The translations under genes and the position numbers were made by a program. Shown here in pieces: positions 34,226 to 49,800 of a DNA stretch of 64,000 nt. Positions within the stretch are counted from its first letter, which is position 1, and each line of letters starts with the position of its first letter. The notes below the pieces were generated by a model. It was not told the DNA's origin. It did no database searches and worked only from the letters and a program-made list of their open reading frames with translations. Source of the stretch: Balanoglossus misakiensis (Eukaryota; Animalia; Hemichordata); NCBI GenBank assembly GCA_040954595.2, contig CM082577.2, positions 4,154,305 through 4,218,304 of the forward strand, in the 5' to 3' direction.

Positions 34226-35561
34226 TGTCATGGCCTCAACAACTGATGATGTGTGTGTGTCTTCTGCTGCTATGTCTTTTTATTCAGGTTGCTGTTTAGT
34301 GTTACATAGAAAATAATAAAACCAGGCAGGGAAGGTGTTCAGAAAAATTAAGAGTGGGGACACTTGTATTTCAAACCAGAAGTTAGAGACCCTTTTTTCT
34401 CATAGAGAAATGATTTTCCTGTGTTTTGTGATTTGCTAATAATTCCATCTGTATTGTTTCCAAATCTGTGTCAGGAAAATCGACAGACCTGTTAATAAAA
34501 TTAATATTTAAATTTACCTGTGTATTTGTGTGAATTCTTCAGAAGACAGTAAAACTGACAAGAGGTGTGAAACTGTTTATGATAATACTCTATAGAAGCC
34601 AACTTGACAGCAACATAGGCAGGAATAAAAGACAGCCATGATTTCAAAAAATCACTGATACTGTATTTGATACTAGCAGTAACATATATATGAACATCCA
34701 GCTGTACAGTGTTTTTATGTACAAAAACAAAACATCCATGACAATAAAAATTGAAGAAAAAAATGTACATAACAGCTTATCATTAAACTGTGTAAATAAC
34801 ACATGAAATGTTCACAAACAGCAGTTGGAGAAAAGAAATTGAAGAAATGCTTGGCTGAATAATGAATATTGAAGAAACCTTTTTTTCTGGTGCTATATGT
34901 TTTATACTACTCAATGGAACAAGGTAAAAACTCTGTTTTTAAAAACCCTGTGGGCAAAGTATGAGTATGGTGTTGATATTCAGAATAGGCTGCAAAATGT
35001 ACTTGGTATGAACCTGGAAAAGTTCTTGTACAATACTGGCATGGATGCACACTTCAAATGTATAGACCATTTACATCACACTTCTGATAGTTGAATATCT
35101 ACACATAAGAGTTACCCTACCACCATTTGAGAACTGAAGAAAATACTCATTTGAAAGACACAATGAAGTAGAAGGCTTTATGAAAGACTGGGGATCTCAA
35201 TATATATTATATTTACTTAAACACTACTTGCCATTTAATTTAATAAGATAAAATTTTGATGTCACTGACTATACTACTGACAGCATGTGTACTGTGTATA
35301 ACATACTATAAGTAAGCTGCCATTGCACCAGTAATACCCATGAGAACTGGGGAAAGGGATTTTCAAAAATTATTCATATTAAAGCGACAAGGAATTCTTA
35401 CAGCCAATTTTAAAATACATGTATTTAAAAAAAATTAGCTGTACATGTATATCTTGTTACATAACTTTGGATGATTCTTAACGCTAACCAGTAACTTGAA
35501 TACCAGATCCAAATTTTGTAGATTTGTCTTTTTTAAGTTTCATAGCAATGTTTCTGAGCTT

Positions 35562-36685
35562 TCATCTGACTTTTGGGATCTTCTTCCTTGCTGAAGAGGC
35601 AGGTACGCTAGTCTTGGGTCTGAGAGCTGTGAATAGACAAATGCAATGAATTCAGTGCTTCACTCGACTCCTTTTCCTCCTAAACATCAAAACTTCAGAA
35701 ATGAAACCTTTGCATGAAATGTTATTATCTTATGGAACGGCTGATCACAGCATGAGTAGTAAAGTCTCTAGAAATCTGTTAAAGTTTTCCTCCATGATGT
35801 GATATCGCTTATACCTTTTATACATGTATGTAACAAGACTGACGACTTCTACAATCTCGTTGGGTGTAGCATGCTAGCAGGGTATTAGTTTATGTTTACC
35901 TTGGTTTACTGTTTGGATTGTATTGGCTTGTGGGTCATTGTAATGTGCCATAATGTGACTGTCATTGGTCAGCTGAACATCTTGATCCATATTCTGATTG
36001 CTGTCAACAAAAGGGTGGGGAGGGCCAAAGAAAGAACTGTTTACTTAACTTTCACTAATAACATGAAACACGGGCATGTTGTATCTTCTGGTTTGGGAGA
36101 GCTACAGTTGTAAGTGAAAGCTTTGGTTCAGGTTTTGAAAAGGACCAACAAAATTTGTACTGGAACTCTTCCATGAAACTTACTTCAATATCTACATGTA
36201 TTTTGCTTATGAGGTCAAAGTAGTACCAGAGTGCCAAAGTTACAAATACAAAAATCCCTACAGATGTAATAACCCCCTACCTGATGACAGTATGCCTCTC
36301 TTTGCGTAGGATATCTTTGTTGTTTGTAAATAATATTGTATGGTAAGGTACAGGTGCATCACAGGTTGGTAGGATACCTCGTCCAGCTGATGTTACGGAT
36401 CCAAGGATTCCATTATACACCAACAAATCATCCACTAACAGCTAGAGGGGATAAAAAATTGTTGATACAGGTCTTAGATCAAAGAAGAGGAGTACTTGGC
36501 CATTTTACAGGAACAACAGCTCTATTTTTGTATGTCATCATATCTACATTGTGCATGGAATATTTTTACTTTGTGGATAGTAAGCATGGTGGATGCTGCT
36601 CTCATCTTGCCCTTTGTCCATGGAGCACCATAGGGAACTGAGTAATTTTGTTATTGTTATTGTTGTTGTTGTTGTTGTTGTTGTT

Positions 36686-36724
<39 letters not shown>

Positions 36725-37796
36725 AAGATTGGTAATAAAATTTAAAAAAAAATCAATGTTCATTTCTTGCTATGTTTGTCGATGTTGTAGATAACTGTAA
36801 AAAAAACCCAACCATAATCGTGGAAAACACGACCTAGGTCGCCGAATGTCACTACCGTCTTACATACAGGCAAGGGTGGAATCCACATGCCCTGGATCTA
36901 GGCTCATGGGCCACCTTCAAGGCCCTGAAAAATCACCCCATTCACCAGCGAGCGATTAAATTATGCCACCATAGGCATTGAAATTTATCTCACTGACCTA
37001 ATTTGGGCTTCACTTCATCTATCGACCTGCAAACGAGTGGAAAAACGGCGATTTCCAAGTCGTACCCAGTCAAATTCAATCACATTTGAATGACGCGACC
37101 GGTGGTGATGGCTCCATTTCTCTGCCTATTTAAATTGACCAATCGGGCGCCCTGTAAAGGCTGCCTCGGCCACCCGATTGTTTATTGCTCAACTCGTACG
37201 AGTACGTGTAACTGCGTTCAAAATAACGCGAAAAAAAGGAGGCGAAACCTTAAGAGTCATACAGATAAATGGATACTTCCCAACTCTTTGTCATAAAATC
37301 TACCATTTTACGTCTTGAATACAGTGCAGTCGATAGTCAGAACGTACACTTCCGGGTGTTGCTTTACAGGGCGCCCGATTGGTCAATTTAAATAGGCAGA
37401 GAAATGGAGCCATCACCACCGGTCGCGTCATTCAAATGTGATTGAATTTGACTGGGTACGACTTGGAAATCGCCGTTTTTCCACTCGTTTGCAGGTCGAT
37501 AGATGAAGTGAAGCCCAAATTAGGTCAGTGAGATAAATTTCAATGCCTATGGTGGCATAATTTAATCGCTCGCTGGTGAATGGGGTGATTTTTCAGGGCC
37601 TTGAAGGTGGCCCATGAGCCTAGATCCAGGGCATGTGGATTCCACCCTTGCCTGTATGTAAGACGGTAGTGACATTCGGCGACCTAGGTCGTGTTTTCCA
37701 CGATTATGGTTGGGTTTTTTTTACAGTTATCTACAACATCGACAAACATAGCAAGAAATGAACATTGATTTTTTTTTAAATTTTATTACCAATCTT

Positions 37797-37841
<45 letters not shown>

Positions 37842-40800
37842 AACAACAACAACAACAACAACAACAATAACAATAACAAAATTACTCAGTTCCCTATGGG
37901 AGCACTGCAGCTGAACACGTAACATGCCCGTAAAAGGGGTAGGCCAACTGGTGACTTACCGCAAATTCTTTAACTCCTCTGTTTGGCGTTTTACTGTAGT
38001 TCCACAGTTTGATCAAGGAGACAGTAACAGGTTGGTCAAATACCACATACACTAAATTCAGCTGCAAGACAAGATGAGTAACATACATTGAGACATGTCT
38101 GCAAAATTTTCCGCTCAACTATAAAAAGGACACTGGTCTCTTTATAACACATTCAGTTAACCCTCTGCTAATCTTGGTAAGTTTTAATTTTTGTGTCATT
38201 GTGTTAGATTTGCACCCTCCAAACAAAAGAACAGCAGACAAGCTGCTTGCCACAAGTGTTTACGTTTCTCTTCCTCACCTGTGAGGGCAGTATAGGTGCT
38301 AGCCACATGTGTCTTCCGTCCATGGTGTCATTCACACCATCTATCAACTTATCTGGAGTTCTCACATCATTTTCCACACCCTCGAGCACATTAACACTTG
38401 CAGGGTACGCAGCAATATCTGTGTGAATCAACTAAGGAAATGAAAAAAAAACCATCCTGATCTACTCAAAACATGTTTCTCAAACCTTTCACCACCGTGG
38501 TTTTGCCCAATTCCTTTGTTTTCTATGGCAAAGCTGGTCCTCTGGGTGAGAGGGTTAAACCTTTCTGCACTGTCACTTCACTGTGTCTCTCTCAGTGTTG
38601 AGACATGTGAACTGGCAATCTTAATTATTTGTCTGGATTGAACCTAGATTTGACACTTTGCTCGTCACCAATTCTGCTGTGAGTGATGATGGTAACCATT
38701 CAGTAAATACAAAGTTACCGGTACTGCCAATTTCAATATCTGTTGTTATTTTTGCTCTGATCAATGTAACTCTTTAAAAAGGATACTGTTTTGTGTGAGT
38801 TCAATCTGTTGTCCAAACTGGTCATAAAATTCCAATCCGTTGAGTCCCACATAGTATGGATCTCCCCAAGTTGAGATACACTGGAACTGAAACACAACTG
38901 TCAACAAGTTAAGGATTATACACAGAAAAGGAAGTGTGTTCCACTGTCATTTCAATGAAAATAGTTGGTAACGTACAAGTGTAATAGGCATACAAGAAAG
39001 TCACATTAATAATGAAATGGTGTGAATTGTCAAGGCTTGATTTTTTAACAAAGGATACAACCACATGGCATAATCATGGGTTCATAGTCTTGACTGGGTT
39101 CTTCTGTTTCCACCACACTGCCCCTGAAAATATGCAGATAAGTAGAAAATCAAGCTACTGGAACTGGACACTACTGAGGAAATACAGGCTTGCAGAGACT
39201 GGAATGCAATGGAGTGTACATGTAATGGGTTCCTAAAACTCTTGGTAATCTTCTGTGGTGATTTTTCCATTTTCATTGCTCTGAAGTACATGTAACTGTA
39301 CATGTAACTGTACACCACACCACACCACACAGTGACAGACATTTCACAGTCCTATATTGACAGTGTGATCAGCTCACCTAACACTGAACTCTCCATACTG
39401 ACTTGACTGACTGGAGCTACCACTAGGACTGCTGCCACTCTCAAAGACCAACTCTTGCGCAAAATCAAAGAAGCAGTTTCCAGGTCCTTTTCTGATAAGG
39501 AATCCGTCAGGAGGTGACACAACATGGTTGTCTAGGGATACATGTACCACTTTTGCCTAGAAGGACAAAAATCACACGTTCGGCATTTTCACTACAATTT
39601 TCATATACAGCAAAACAATCTTAATCATATAAGAATATATGCACTTTTTCAAAAAACTCAGATACAGAAAATCAAAGTAACAAATCCAAGCTTACCCCTC
39701 TGTACGTGTCTTCTGCAGATTTGTTGTAATTCCACACCCTCAAACCGGACACTCTGGTAGGCCTGCCAAACTCTATGGTAATGTAATGCTCCTCCCCATC
39801 AAGGAATGGAATCAACCACATGTGTTGATCTGTCATTGTGACATTCATACCATCCAGCAACCTGGAAAGAACAAGTCATTATCAATGACACAGTCCCTGT
39901 TTGAGTAATAGATTAAGAAAAAGTGGGGGGGGGAACACATTGGAATGAAATTGAAATTCTTCTAAACCCCTAACCCTAACCATCACCATGTTGTTTATTT
40001 ATCAACTCACTTATCCAGGGTCCTCTCATCATTGTTATAATCCGGCAGATCATTTAAATCCCTCGGATGTGCATCCAACTGATCCAGGCTGATGTCGATG
40101 ACTTCACCAGTATCATCCAGCACTTCTAATCCAGTCAGTCCTAGGTAGTGTGGATCTCCCCACGTGGATGAGAAATCTAGCCTCAAGTCTGAAAGATGAT
40201 ATAGAAAGCAAAATAATAATGGGCTTGTACACTCAAAGTCAGTCAAAATCCCGAGACCTTAAAAGATTTTTTTCCAGCAATGCCCCAGGAGTTTGGGGCC
40301 TGTCAAAAGCCACTTTCAAATTCACAAACATAAAGCAAGTGAGGAGATCAACAGAGTCAAAAATATGAAAATGATGCACAAATGAAATGTGTTATATCTT
40401 ACATTGCCCAGTAAGAGTACCGGTACTGCTTGCACTGGTGGGGGTCACTGTCTCCATTGGAGATACGTCTGTTTCTTGTTGAATCTGTCTTTGTGGTATG
40501 GCAGCTGATGTATATGGTCTCACCTGTTACAAAATATACTTAATGGGTGAGTATTTCATCCGATGTTGAGTTGCATCAGACAAAATTGTTGCTTTGGGCA
40601 CTGAAGCTACAAAGTATTCAAAAGGACTTTCAGTATCAAAACTACGAAGCATTGAAATAGCATTGAAAACTAGACAGCATTTTTAAATAAAGAGAGACAC
40701 TCACATCATCTTCGTCTGCTGTCGGTGGTCTCTCAATATCATGTGTTCTTGCACTGAAAAGCTCATCACCTTCATAAGTTTCATCGTACTGTGACATCAC

Positions 40801-43800
40801 CTCAAGGATGTCATCATCCGTTGTAAATAGAATTGTCTGTTGGAAGAAAACATTCCATTGTATGACTAATTTTTTTTTTAAATATTTGAAAGAACTGTTT
40901 CCCATCACGGACCCTTAGAACTGTACGTATAAAGTGTGTATTTTCCTGATATGTCTTGCGAAACAATTTTGAAGTATTAAATATGGCAATGAATACAAAG
41001 TACAGTTCTTTTACTGGTAACACTTACATCTCCAAAAACATCAGTCTGTCCTATGATACCGCCAGATGACCTAGTTAATTAAATAAAACAGAAAGACGAT
41101 CAAATACAAAAACCATAAAGGAAATGACCTCTGAATCTGTACTTTGGCGTCTTGCAGTTCTTACAGCGCGACACACTCTTCTATGCCTTCAGGGTATGGA
41201 ACCATGTACCACTGGTTATTGATGTGGAGCAAGAACTAACCCCGGAAGCAAAATATTTGCCAACTGCTTCATCAATGGCCAAACACATACAAGACTTGTT
41301 TCCACTGTTCATTCCCAAGAGTTTTTCCCCATACATCAACGTTCAATCAAAGCACTCATCACAAGTGATTGGCAAAAGGAACCATATTCAGGATGTAACA
41401 TGGCTTTCCAAAAGAGGGCAGAGCTAGTAGGAGTTACATGCCTGTTATCCCCAGCTAACTGTGTACTACAGGTGTCCACAAACAAGCATTGATTTGAACA
41501 CGCCCTGTCAGAATGATCCTTTCTCTTTCAGTCAAAGCGATGTTTACTCAGTTGGAAAAGTAGCGTGTAAGACTGGGGCTCAACGGATTTGCAAAGTACA
41601 ACTCCTTTTACAGCCCACACACTCTATAAACAGCTACAGTCAACATCTGACTTCTTTATGCGCATAGATCTCTCTGAAATCTTGATTTTATTCTCACAGT
41701 CTTTCATTCACAGTGTGTTTGTACATCACACCCTGACTTGCATCACTATTAGTACAGCTGGATCCAATATAAGTTGTTTTCAAATCTTGCTTTAATAGTC
41801 ACAAACATTTCTTGAAGACAAATTTCACAAAGCCAGACCACACATCTTGGTTAAGGCACTATCTTCTCCAACCCCATCCCTGTTTTTACAAAAAAAAATC
41901 TTTTTTTTTTAACCATAAGATGAAATCTAAACTGTGACCTGATCCCCTCTGACAGCAACATCATCAATCTTTTCAATAAATTTTTGTTTAGAACAAGATG
42001 TACATACACAGAATTAACACTTACCTGGCTATTTCTCCCTTGAATATACATCGCTCATTGAGCGTTATTTCCACATCTTTGGCCCCACGGAATGAATGGA
42101 TGCGAGATTTGTTGTAATTCTGAAATGACAGTAAAGGAGAACATCAAAGAGATGGAATGACCATTTCAGTAAATGACAACATGAAATATTTTAATGATCA
42201 ATCCTGACAACCTCTCTGAAGATCAGGTCTACTGCTTTTCAATGAAAATTGATGGTTTTTATTGAATTTGCAATATAAGAATTACTTACCCATATCCTAA
42301 TCATGGCAATTCGAACTGGCTTCTCTAATGTAATGTAAATTATGTGATTATTTCCCGGTGTAAATGGTGCCAACCACATATGAACATCATCTTTTGTCCT
42401 GTTGACTCCATCAACCAAATTACTGACCACACGGGGATCGCTGCTGTACTCTTCAAGTTCATTGATGTCTGAAGGATCAGCTGAAATCTGAAGTGAAAGT
42501 GTGATGCTGGTTGTAGTTATTTTCATATTATAGGAACCTCTGTTTTGCAATACAGCATGACATATTTTACATGCATATATAAATATGCAGTACAGATCAA
42601 TATTTATATTGTGCAGCTAATACTATTTATTGGCAGGTATACTCTGAACGTTTAAGTCAAACTGCAATAACAAATTCACTTTCTAACATCACAGGAGTAT
42701 GGAAAATATAACGGTCACTAAGAACACATGGTGATAAACAAACTCGACTCTCAACTCAACTAACCTGGATAACTTTGATTGGTTCTCCAGTACTCTGGAA
42801 AATCTCAATGCCGTTCAAACCGACATAATTTTTATCTCCCCATGTGGATCTGATATTGATGTCAATATGGTCACCAAAGGGTAACTCCGGTATCTCAAAA
42901 TCACTATTAAAGAAAAAAAAAGAAAAACATGTAGCAGTGACAGCCCATATTATTGTTATCACTATTTCATGTTTTTAAAATCTTTTGTTGACTCATACCT
43001 GTCTTCATCATCTTGGTTCTCCTCCTCCTCCTCTTCTTCTACCTCCTCTGGAATGGTGGACTTCTGTCTGGATTGAGCAACGTATTTGTCCAATGCATCA
43101 CCTGAAGAAGAATGTGAAAAGATGACAACTGTGAAGGAATATCAAGTCACCTGCATACACAGACACAGACACACAAACACTGGGTATTATCCATTACTAA
43201 AAGTAAACATTAGACATGATTTCCTCTTGCACCTCAAAATGAAAGTTACCGACCTCTCAGGAAAAATATTCTTCATTTCACACTTACATGTAACAGTACA
43301 TGCCATGACACATGATGAGCAAACGAAAGCCAATGTACATATGTATGTACTGTATAAAAATGAAAAGTTCGCAAAGTCTTTACGTTTGAGGGCGCTCAAA
43401 CATTACTGCGAAATTCAGTTCAACTGGGTTCATGACCAGTAACGATTTATACCAGTACTATCAGTTTCCACTCACCTTGTACATCCAAGTTCATATTAGC
43501 CGAAAGTCGCCCTCTCTGTGACTTGTTGAAGAAGGACAGAGAACTCCAAGACTCTTCCAGACTTAAATCTTGATTCTGTCTCCACTTTGCCCTCATGGTT
43601 AGTGAGCTTTCCCCTTCATCGGATAATTTCTGAGGTTGCTTCTTGGGAAACTGAAGTCCATGAGACCACTCGTCTTCTTTTTCTGTGTGGAAGCGAAAGT
43701 GTTGATTTTCAGTTACGAGCTCCATTAGCTGTATCTTTTTACTACGTTTTCAGTATTTTTGTTTTGTGTGTATTGCATGAAACTTACCCTGTTGCGCTGT

Positions 43801-46800
43801 TCTTCTGCTTGATGGTCTGTCGTCTTTCCTGGCAGGCCCGTCCTTCAATATGGAGGATAAGTCTCTGCAAATACCAACAAATGATTCACAGCTCAATGAA
43901 AAACTCGCCACAAAGTACAGCCATTATGGAAGCACAGCAAATCCATCACTCAAAGGTGTGACTGTTCAGCTATATACAGTATTGTGTAAGATGCAAAACT
44001 GAAATGAAACAAAATGTTGTTTGCCAGTTGCCTGGTACAAATGTAGACACTATTTAAAAATATACATGTCAGAAATACCCAGTAACTGTTGGCGTACTTA
44101 CAATGATTTGAAATCTTCACTGATATCTGATTTGTTCCCTGAAAGAGAAAAGATGTATAACTTTGCTATTATATTTACTATTCAAACAAAAAATGAGTGG
44201 TTTCCTCTCATTCTGTTGTACAATTTTTTTATAAGGTCTACGTCAAACCAAGATAGTCAATATTAACTTCATAAGTGAGGGACTTCAATAACCACTCTGT
44301 GTATTTCTTGTCCACTTCACTTTTTTCAGGGAAGAGACTCACCTCTGGACTGCAGCCATGGTGGTCTGTCAGCTTTAGATTTGGGCGTGCCAGATTTACT
44401 GCAGGAAAAACAAGTGATTGAAAATAACATAAGTCTGTGCACACAAGGGTTATAATTCACACTTGTTAATACCAGCTACCACTGTTGTGTTTCACAAAAC
44501 TTTGGGGGAATTGCAGCTTTTAGTATCAAATAACAGATCCTTCCATCCATGCATTGGCGCATACTTGAATCTTGACAAATTTCCATTTATTACCAAGACA
44601 CTAATCTCCTTGCTTTTCCACAATACCCACTCTAATTTTATCCGTTCAATTCCTACCTTCTCATCTGCATGAGCTGCTGTAGCATGGAGGGTTCATCAGG
44701 GCTGGCAGCTACAGCCACTGCCTTGGTTGGCCGTGCAGGGGCAACATCTAGGGATGGTGTCTCTTTGGGAATGGATTCGCTACTAGAGTGTATAGAGTCA
44801 CTGCAAATGCAAAGGGTAACTGTTCACTGGATTTTCACCACAGTTGAGTTATTATTGTGACCTTGTCATACATTCAGTACCTGGAAGACTTAGTTCTGTG
44901 CTTGTGTTTGAATGGCAACAGAATAACTTGCTTTTTAAATGATCTTTTTCACTTCTACAGGCCTGGAGCTTAAGACCGATTTATTTTAAAATACACATTA
45001 AACCTTACACACATTTACAGTACAAACTTCGGAGTTGAAGCAGATGACCTTTGACCTTACCTTGTTGAAGTGCTGGTGTCAGAGGACTGGTTGATAGACA
45101 TCTGAGCTGCCATTTTACGTGGAGTTCTACTCCGCGGCGTTTTACTTCGCTTCTCCTTCTTTATTTGTGGCGTCTTTTTGCCCACAAACATTTCCACAAC
45201 TGTGACGAGAAAAAGAAATTTATTTGGCTAAATAACGAAACTACTGTGATTTTGAGAACAAACACAAACCTATGGAGTACATTTAGCCTTGGGACCTGAT
45301 GGAAAATACACATTACTTTTTGCACATGGGAAAGAAGTCACGTCATTTTGTGGTTTCAAGGCGGTGACCCCCTGAACATTTGCCACCTAGACGTAAGGTT
45401 AGGTATAGGGTTCGGGTATGTGGCTGATGGGAATATATTCAGGGGGTAACTGACCTAGATCCAAACTTTCTCCCAGACTCACCCGATTCTTTTTTCTCCT
45501 TCCTTGGCGTTGCCGGTTTCTTTTTCCTTGGACTTGTCGGAATTTCCTCCTGTTTCAACACCGGCATATTCTTCTCAACCTCAGCCGGTGTTTTTGATCT
45601 GTTCACTGCCTCGATCACCACGGCCCCACTTTCCCCTCCCCCTCTCTTCGGGGTTACGTCAAGGTGTGTGTCGCCATCGAGGTGAATCTGCTTGCTGTAA
45701 TCAAAGACTTGGTTGGCACAGCCTTTGTCGGTCTCCCCACTCCACCTCTCCTGGCCGTTCACTTTAATACTGATATATCTTGCCCCCATGTTCAAGTCCT
45801 GAAAAAAAGAAACATACAGTGTTCCATATATATAAAGGGCTATGAACCTGACTCAGAAGAAAACTTCTGAATGACATAATAGGTCACCAGGGGGTCAGGG
45901 TGCAACCTGAACATCTGAAATTTCTCTGGTTCTCAAGGTGTTAGGTTCTCTCCCGACAGAAACAACTTTCCCCTCATACTTACACTGGTAGATTTGTTAT
46001 AATTCCAAATACTGATTTTAGATAGCTTGTTTTCTTCACATGGCAGTTGAAATATGATTTGTATACTCTGATTGTAGGGAAGATTACAGCTCCACATGTG
46101 CCTCTCTTTTATAGTCTGTGAAAAAAAAAACAGGGATTACTGTGTTTGATCGACATTTTGCCATTTTATACCCCACTGAATGTTATTTACAGGGAAAAAA
46201 AATAAAAATATTTTGTCTCTGATCATATGATTAATAGGATATTACTTGTCTCTGACAGATACAGCTAGCTTCTAGTTTTCATGTTTCTGCCAGACTTGCA
46301 TAAATATTACATATACTGATGATTTTGGATATGTCACCAAGTCCAGACTTTCATACCTTGCATTTTCCATTGGTGATATTGCCCACGTCGCCCTTCTCTT
46401 GCCTTGCATTCACAACCCTTGTGTCGTTGTCATCTACCAGGATCTTCTTGCCGTTATCATCAAAGAACTGAACTTCAGTCAAACCGACCCGACTTGCATG
46501 ACCCCAGTTTGATGAGATTTCAATGGCCACTTCTGTGTTTAACACCTGCAGGACAAAAAGGGGCAATTACAATCATATATGAAGCATCACATTGTATTAC
46601 ACAATCTCGTGAACAGCCATGCAAGCATATTTCTGCTCAAGACTATAAAGGCACAAATATGTAATATAATACTGAGGAATGCAACAGTATCCTTACCTCA
46701 TGTTTTCCAGCAGATGGGCTGACAGGATCAGAGTCTTCAAGCACTGTCAGTGTTTCTAGAAGACGATGCTGTGACCTGAAAATTGCATTACATGATTTCA

Positions 46801-49800
46801 TCATTTATCAAAGACTAACCCTTTCACCACCATGGTTTGGTCCATATCAATTGTTTTCTATGGTTAAGTTGGACCTCTCTATTGAGGGAAATGGGGGTGA
46901 AAGGGTTCAACAAAAAGTGACAGAGCAGCGCCTCAAATGTGACATATTAGGTACATTTTCAACAGAAGAGGGAGCTGTCCAGATTGTTCTTTGAGACACT
47001 AACTCATGATGATGGCTGAGGATGATTCTGATGTACAAAGATCTATGATACCTTACCTGCTATCCATTGCTGCAATTCGTTTCACAATAGTATCCAGTTT
47101 ATCCTCAGTCAATGTAGAGTTTAATGATTCTGTACTTTTATCAACCTGGCGATGAACATCAGTAAAATATCAATTACATAATATCATCTGTGTGTAATTA
47201 TCTTGGCTGAACAACCAGGTTCTTTACAGACTAAAAATGCAGCAATTCCTGGTCAAAGAGATTGGATTTTCTCTTCAAGAAAATTATTTAAATATCAGTC
47301 TATGTTCTTCTGGATGTTGACACACACAATTGAAAGATAAAATAGCACCTACTGGATCCTCAAAGTGTATCTATCTAGCAAATTTACAAAAGTCAATAAT
47401 ACCTTAAGACATGGAAGCATGATTGATCCCTACCTGAGAATCAACTTTGGACGGAATGGTTTTCTTGTGGACGGCTTCATATTCTGCTTTCATTGCTGCA
47501 GCAACCTGTTCTGTATCAACACTTATCTCAGTCTCTTTTAATTTTCTTGTCTGTGCTGTTAATTTCACATTTTGCATATTGCCTGTGAAGATAAACATAC
47601 AAGAAAAGATACTGACACATTTTGCTTTTTCCTAATGCTTGTTTGGTTGGCATTCTAGTCCATCGGGAACAAAATTGAGATGCTTTCATTACACCACAAG
47701 TAGAGGTAAGAGCATACTGTCCCTTTTAAGTGGCAAAGTGCTAGTGTTACTAACCACACTACATCAAGACATCACCGAGCATCCACAATATACCGAGAGC
47801 CAAACAAGAACTTCATCTGGAAACTGACACTTTTACAGCAAACTTACCTTTACTGCTTCTAGATGTATTGCTTTGTAGTACTGAATACTTCTCATCTTCA
47901 CTCTTTCTCATCCTGTAAGTATTCGACATCATAGACCAGTTTAGTGTTAATATAACATATCATTTCATAAAAGGTGGTTTGAAAAGGAAGAATGCATCAG
48001 CTGGCTAAGGAATGAACTTCAATGAAGGTATATTTTGTCTCCTGACTGTATATCTCCTACACCCTTGTTGATATATATGCGCTATTTCTACAAACTGTAT
48101 CAAATGATTGACTGTTGGCTTACCTGTTTGAAGATGATTTTTCTTCACTTGCATCTGAAAGATCATTAATGATTAAAGTTCTCGAGAAAGAACAATTGAC
48201 CAATTCTTATCAACTACTCTTTTCCAAGTAGAATTAACTTAAAGCACAAGTAAAAAAAAAAGAGTTCTTATTATTTAAAAGAATCTGCGAAATATTTCAA
48301 AGAATGTACATACCTGAAGGTTTGGCTAATTCCAAGATGATGAAATCATCTGGAGCAAACTTATTACTGTCAACCTCTAAGCTATCTACCATATCTATAT
48401 CTTCTTCTATTTCTTCATCTTCTACCAGTGGAGACCTCTGCATATTTGACCTCTGTTGACAAAAACACAAATTTAACTTCTGATTTTTTTATGGGATGAG
48501 CAAAGTTGCGATGTAGCAACCACATGGAGTTGGTGTTACGGAAAAGTAGTCAGCATTGATCATTATATTCTGAAGTAGGCCTATGGACATGGCACACTTC
48601 ATGTCAACAACTAGCTATGCACCAACTCACTCACCTGGTTCCTGTATTTGGCAATGCTGTCGTGAATGTCACAGTTGAGTTCCAAACTTTGTCGTAATTT
48701 CTACAGGGAGAACAACAGAGAACAGCTTAATTATAAGTGTCTTTTGTTTTTACAAAGAGCAATCAGGATTTTCAGTCTTTCTACACTCTGTTAAAACATA
48801 CAGGGATTATCAGTATCACCCTTACAACTTTTAGTATATTATATCGGACCACATTATGTTTGCAACCAAAAATGTCTGTGTTTTGCTCCAAGGTGGCATC
48901 CTTACTTCGATTTACAACATGCGGTTGAAGTAATTTTCATTATACTAAAACTGACATGACTTTTTTTTCACTAGACTTACCCTGACATCACAGATGCTCA
49001 GCATTACAAAGTCTTTATCATCTTCTCGGTCAGTATCATCATAATCATCATCATTATCATCAAAGTCTGATGTTTCCGACTCCAGATCAACCTCAAGACT
49101 GTCAACAGTGTCAACAGTTTCAAAGTCTTCCGAATAGTCATACTCTGATGGGTCATTTTTAGCTGCGTTTTACAAAGAAAGATACGAAAACATGAACACA
49201 TCATGGAATAGCATGTATGTAAATTTTGAATGTAAATATCCCTTTCGTCCATATATTCAAAAGTCTCAAAGCTTTGGTGGCGCTCTTACTTCAATTTGCA
49301 AGCTATTACAGTCACCCAATGATACACTTACAAGGAGCATGTAGTCTCCTCTTGGGACCCTTGTTTGTCTTTATTTCAATGGAACCCTGCAACAAAAGTT
49401 ACAATAGTGTTTCTTTAATAACAGAGCTGGTACATACTACTCCATTACCACTCCATATACACACAGTGTTGAGAATGCAGCATCTATTCATTAATGACTT
49501 CAGTCAAAATAGTGTACAGTAAGTCTCCCCTGTAATCAACCACTTGAATGGTATACCTACCTTTTGCCAGTTTTTTCTGTGTACTTTACTGGGTGCTGTT
49601 TTCGCCCGGTAGCTATGGTAACTGTCAGCAGGATCTTCATCATCAATGTCCAGGTAATTGAAATGCTCTGGCTTAGCAGCCCTTGGGATATCTAGGTGAT
49701 TAGAGGGAAGAGAGTTAGTGAGAGTATTTCTAATAAAAATATTCAATTTCATGTATTTTACATGATTGAAGGTTTGATTGTATATTCCAGAATGCTTTTG

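Noticed and set aside
41130-41650. 91-aa plus-strand ORF in a KATNIP intron, faintly like a LINE ORF2 end (RVWNHVP)
   Set aside because: No reverse-transcriptase motifs, tail or target duplication; similarity too weak.
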